A stretch of 64,000 nt of DNA, taken from contig OZ242383.1 of the NCBI GenBank assembly GCA_965209155.1, positions 736,001 through 800,000 of the forward strand, read 5' to 3'. Below the pieces are notes generated by a model. That model was not told the origin of the DNA. It searched no databases and saw only the letters and a list, made by a program, of their open reading frames with translations. The position numbers and the translations under genes are program-made. This DNA comes from a bacterium (lineage in GTDB: Bacteria > SAR324 > NAC60-12). This document shows, piece by piece, positions 60,736 through 64,000 of the stretch (positions within the stretch are counted from its first letter, which is position 1; every line of letters begins with the position of its first letter).

Positions 60736-61512
60736 TCAGTCTTGTGGTTGGGTCTGGTTTTCGGGCGAATGGAAGAGGGATATGCGATTGCCGGCTATGT
60801 CGTTGAAGATAGCCAGCGAACCGAAACCACCAGGAATCTCGCAGGGCTGCATCAGAGCCGTTCCGCCGAGACTTACGGCCTTGTCGATATACGCTTGCAA
60901 GTCATCGACCCTGACCGCTACCGAGGGAGCGTTGGGCGGCATACCATCCATATGCTGAAAGATACCGCCACCGATGCCGCCCGATTCCTGTTGTATCAGC
61001 CGGTAATTCATGGCTTCCATATGGGTAGTTTGCCAACCGAACATCCCCCTGTAGAACTCGTCGAGAGCGGCTGCATCGCTACCACCCAGCTCAAAGTGAA
61101 CTACAGGCGGGTCATTGCTCTTCGGGGGCATCTCACCGTTCCAATCGGTGGGTAGAGAGTACAGCCCGATGACGTTGTGAGCAGGGTCCGAAAACATGGC
61201 GATTGAGCCCATGCCGGGAGCAATTTCCATCGGAGGCATAATTGTTGCGCCACCCATATCGGACAGCTTGTCCAAGGACGCCTGAAGGTCATCTACCTGA
61301 ATGTAAAAAGTCACGTAATTGCAGGAAGACATGTCCTCGCTGATTTCCATGATGCCCCCACCGACGCCGCCCTCACCACACTGCACTAAACCATAGTTTC
61401 TCATCTCTTCGCCCAACTCTTTTATATCCCAACCGAACAGGTTTCGATAAAACTGTCGCAAGGCCTGGCCGTCAGGGCCTGCGATTTCAAAATGCACTAC
61501 CGGGTTTCCCAT
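60736..61512 (-). CDS. VOC (glyoxalase/bleomycin-resistance) family protein, two repeats
   Basis: PVVHFEI...FY..LFGW...GGGI...VDDLQA occurs twice; aggagg RBS. Confidence 0.9.
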   Translation of the reverse strand: MGNPVVHFEIAGPDGQALRQFYRNLFGWDIKELGEEMRNYGLVQCGEGGVGGGIMEISEDMSSCNYVTFYIQVDDLQASLDKLSDMGGATIMPPMEIAPGMGSIAMFSDPAHNVIGLYSLPTDWNGEMPPKSNDPPVVHFELGGSDAAALDEFYRGMFGWQTTHMEAMNYRLIQQESGGIGGGIFQHMDGMPPNAPSVAVRVDDLQAYIDKAVSLGGTALMQPCEIPGGFGSLAIFNDIAGNRISLFHSPENQTQPQD

Positions 61513-61720
61513 TACTCCTCCTGGCTTTTATGAATGTTCTGCGTGTTCTTCAATACTTGTATCAGAAAAAATTTAAAACGAATGGTCATTCATGTCAAGG
61601 GCATTTTGACCAGGATTTTCCTTTTCAGCGCGACGAACCTTGTTTTCAAAATATGCTGATTTTTATGAATAGCATGGAATACCAACTCTTGAGATTGACG
61701 TGAATCAGGGTTAAAAAAAG

Positions 61721-61815
61721 TGTCATTCCTGGCTTGACCCGGAGATAAAAAAAATGTCATTCCTGGCTTGATCAAGAATCCAGGGGGATGAGGACGATCT
61801 TTTGGATGCCGGATC
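61721..61815. repeat. Degenerate REP cluster
   Basis: tgtcattcctggcttga twice, plus tggatgccggatca. Confidence 0.7.
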
Positions 61816-62033
61816 ATAATTATTAAATTATTGATTTTATAAATTAAATTTCAACTCCTGATTCGCATGAGATTGTTAATATGTTAAAAGATAGGAACAA
61901 AGGCAACTGGGAAAAAGAAAATGACGCTTTATGTTTGACTGCCCATTTTATTCCCTGTATTTATGCATATGAAAATAGCTTTTCGCCGTCTGTTTTCGAA
62001 CGCCCTTGCGGTGGGCCATCAAGGGATGGACAC

Positions 62034-62081
62034 GGACGAAAAAGCGTTTTTTTCTTGGAAATACCTCTAATGAATGACTCT
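62034..62081 (+). repeat. Second copy of the ~48-bp element end
   Basis: ggacgaaaaagcgtttttttcttggaaatacctctaatgaatgactct; matches 18965-19013. Confidence 0.7.
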
Positions 62082-62102
62082 GAAATTAACAATGTGGGTT
62101 TT

Positions 62103-62621
62103 ATGAAGTCTTTAATCATTTTAATTTCTACAATTATAATAGGAGTTGGGTGTTCCAAGCCTTTAACATCTTTAGATTATTCACAAAAAAGAAAAACAGT
62201 TGCGACTTCTCAGAAAAGTATGGGTTTATTACTGGCTTTTAAAAAAGCCACAGGAGTTGATGAGGATATTTATATTGCTATACGTCCGGACTCTCACCCA
62301 GAGCTATGTCTGGAAGGGGATTTGGAATTATTTAGAATTGATGATTCCCTGTCTGTTCTTATTGGTGATCGTTTACTTGTTGGATGGATTAAAAAAGGAG
62401 AAAATGAAGTTACTTATTCTGAAAGAGCATGTCGATTTCATAGAATTGTTAATTGGTCAAATAATAAAGTTGAGAGTTTTGAAAAAAGAGTTTGCAAAGA
62501 TGAAACAGTTATTGTTGAGAAATCATTTGAGTTTAAGAAAGACACCATTTCTTATTCCATTGATTTAAAATTAAATGGAAAAGACCAAGAACGAATCTCC
62601 TGTAAATTAGAAAGACAGTAA
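62103..62621 (+). CDS. AT-rich putative lipoprotein
   Basis: MKSLIILISTIIIGVGC signal/lipobox-like start; the ORF-track extension upstream runs through repeat DNA. Confidence 0.65.
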   Translation: MKSLIILISTIIIGVGCSKPLTSLDYSQKRKTVATSQKSMGLLLAFKKATGVDEDIYIAIRPDSHPELCLEGDLELFRIDDSLSVLIGDRLLVGWIKKGENEVTYSERACRFHRIVNWSNNKVESFEKRVCKDETVIVEKSFEFKKDTISYSIDLKLNGKDQERISCKLERQ

Positions 62622-62821
62622 TGTTGAATTTCACTATTTCCTTCTCTTTTATATCATTACAAATCAACCTGGAACCCTTTACATGTCACCAAAATGAAAT
62701 ATTGTTTGAAACTGATTCCAGGAAGATACTGCAACAAAGAGACCCAACCTCTTCAGTTTAATCTGACTCAGTGGAGTTGATTTGCTCGGATATTGATTCG
62801 GAGAGGTCAACCGTCTCTGTT

Positions 62822-63253
62822 TCATTTATTTTCTTGAGCAGCAGCATGAATATCTACTATTTCCGCCTGAATCTTGAGCAGCTGCATGATATCTGCCATT
62901 TCCGCCTGAACAATCGTCAAATCGGTAGTGTTTGGGTCTGTATTATTCAGTATGTCCTGCCATGTGGCGATGCGTTGCTCTATCAATATGAATAATTCCC
63001 TGTCCACCTCCAATCTACGCTCATACAGCTTTTTTGATTCGTCCAATGAATCCTCTAGCTCACTTTGATATTTCAGCGTGCTATCCACCAACTCATTCAG
63101 TACTGTCAATTTATTATCAAGTTGTTCAAACTGTTCGGAGTCGTCAAATAGGAGCCTGTCACCCCAGTAAAGTATGGTGAAACCCACAGTGAAAGCAAGT
63201 AAATATACAAGAAAAGACTGCATCATCTGCTTGTTTTTCAAGAATTTAAACAT
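62822..63253 (-). CDS. Hypothetical membrane-anchored coiled-coil protein
   Basis: One N-terminal hydrophobic helix, gagg RBS. Confidence 0.65.
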   Translation of the reverse strand: MFKFLKNKQMMQSFLVYLLAFTVGFTILYWGDRLLFDDSEQFEQLDNKLTVLNELVDSTLKYQSELEDSLDESKKLYERRLEVDRELFILIEQRIATWQDILNNTDPNTTDLTIVQAEMADIMQLLKIQAEIVDIHAAAQENK

Positions 63254-63269
63254 AATGTGACCTCACCTC

Positions 63270-63555
63270 GGGATAGTGTAAATTGAATTGTGTGAATTTG
63301 AGAAGGGCTTGAATCCATAGGACTTTCCCGGTAGGTTTGATGAAGTCAAATTTGCACCTACTATAAGGAGAAAGCCCCATGAAATTTGAATTGACCGTAT
63401 CGGAATTTAAGGAAATGTTCAATACGCTTCAAAGCCCTCATGAATTGTTGGCGCTGTTGCGAGTGGCACTCGAACAAAATTTATCGTTGCTACATAACGA
63501 CAAGGATTTTGATAAGAGAGCGAGTGTCGTCGATTTGAAACTTTATAGACTCTGA
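63270..63555 (+). mobile_element. IS256-like left end and transposase start joined to a PIN/VapC-like C-terminal fragment
   Basis: gggatagtgtaaattgaattgtgt end; ORF 63379-63555 MKFELTVSEFKEMFNTLQSPHELLALLRV|ALEQNLSLLHNDKDFDKRASVVDLKLYRL. Confidence 0.55.
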
Positions 63556-63569
63556 AAAAAGGAGAGAAA

Positions 63570-63825
63570 ATGATTCTGAGGATGCCACATGTTTTGCGGA
63601 TGTTGTTCTTGCTGGGGGCGTTGCTTCTGGCATGGCCGGTGTAGGCGGATTATTATGATGGCTTGCGGGAATGGGATGCCGGGCGTCATCGCGAGGCGTT
63701 GGTCAAATGGCAGGAAGCCGTTAGAGAAGGAGACACGCGCTCCATGATGGCCCCGGGCCGCTTGTATATGAAAGGATTGGGTGCGCCCCAGGACTACATC
63801 GAAGTGCACAAGCGGATTAAATTGG
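63570..63825 (+). pseudogene. Sel1-repeat secreted protein pseudogene
   Basis: Signal peptide, in-frame TAG at 63642, then ADYYDGLREWDAG...GRLYMKGLGAPQDYIEVHK; truncated. Confidence 0.7.
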
Positions 63826-63829
63826 GTTC

Positions 63830-63923
63830 ATCCATTGTGGAAACGAATCAATCCCGGAATCGCCAGGATTGTTTGGAAACCCTTCAGACTCAAATCTTTG
63901 CTTAAACTTCCAAGCATGACCCC
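63830..63923 (+). mobile_element. Right-end remnant of a related Y1-TIR element
   Basis: Encodes ...LQTQIFA* (cf. LKRQILA* in copy 1) followed by aaacttccaagcatgacccc. Confidence 0.65.
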
Positions 63924-64000
63924 TTTTTGACACTCATTTCTAGAATTTGGTGACATCAAACATAATAATTGCACTAAAGTTTACAATTTTGTTAACATGG

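Overview
Bacterial chromosomal window. The gene content and organisation resemble a Gram-negative, deltaproteobacteria/SAR324-like organism; this is an inference only. (1) 1-5.4 kb, minus strand: a type I restriction-modification locus (hsdM, Fic, a frameshifted small gene, a HEPN toxin-like gene, then an MNT antitoxin domain fused in frame to HsdS, which runs off the left edge). Both hsdM and hsdS carry in-frame palindromic-repeat insertions. (2) 5.7-16.9 kb: housekeeping genes (efp, argF, gltA, metF, bamA, lolD, PPi-type pfk, a receiver protein, ftsW, a double-HTH regulator). (3) 17.1-27.9 kb: a repeat-rich accessory island. It holds three diverged direct copies of an internally deleted, TIR-bounded Y1 (RAYT/TIRYT-type) transposase element, each with a nested MITE end and a 39-bp palindromic array of 3, 7 or 12 units. 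The copies alternate with unrelated cargo genes (DUF2231-like, DUF3224-like, ApeA-like HEPN). The island also contains a two-gene phage-like relic, a 1.3-kb mosaic array and an IS5-type MITE. (4) 28-60 kb: housekeeping genes in unusually fragmented operons (murG, RNB, rpmH-rnpA-yidD-yidC, folE, CI-like regulator, parE-parC, nuoEFG-JKL, skp-fabZ-gatC-rnr-mltG, TPR-metallopeptidase, PCuAC, TPP riboswitch-thiB-thiP). (5) 60.3-64 kb: a MITE, a VOC gene, AT-rich orphans and IS256/PIN/Sel1/Y1 debris. No rRNA, tRNA or CRISPR array was seen. The best candidates for an undescribed system are the HEPN + MNT::HsdS coupling and the Y1-TIR cassette-like array.
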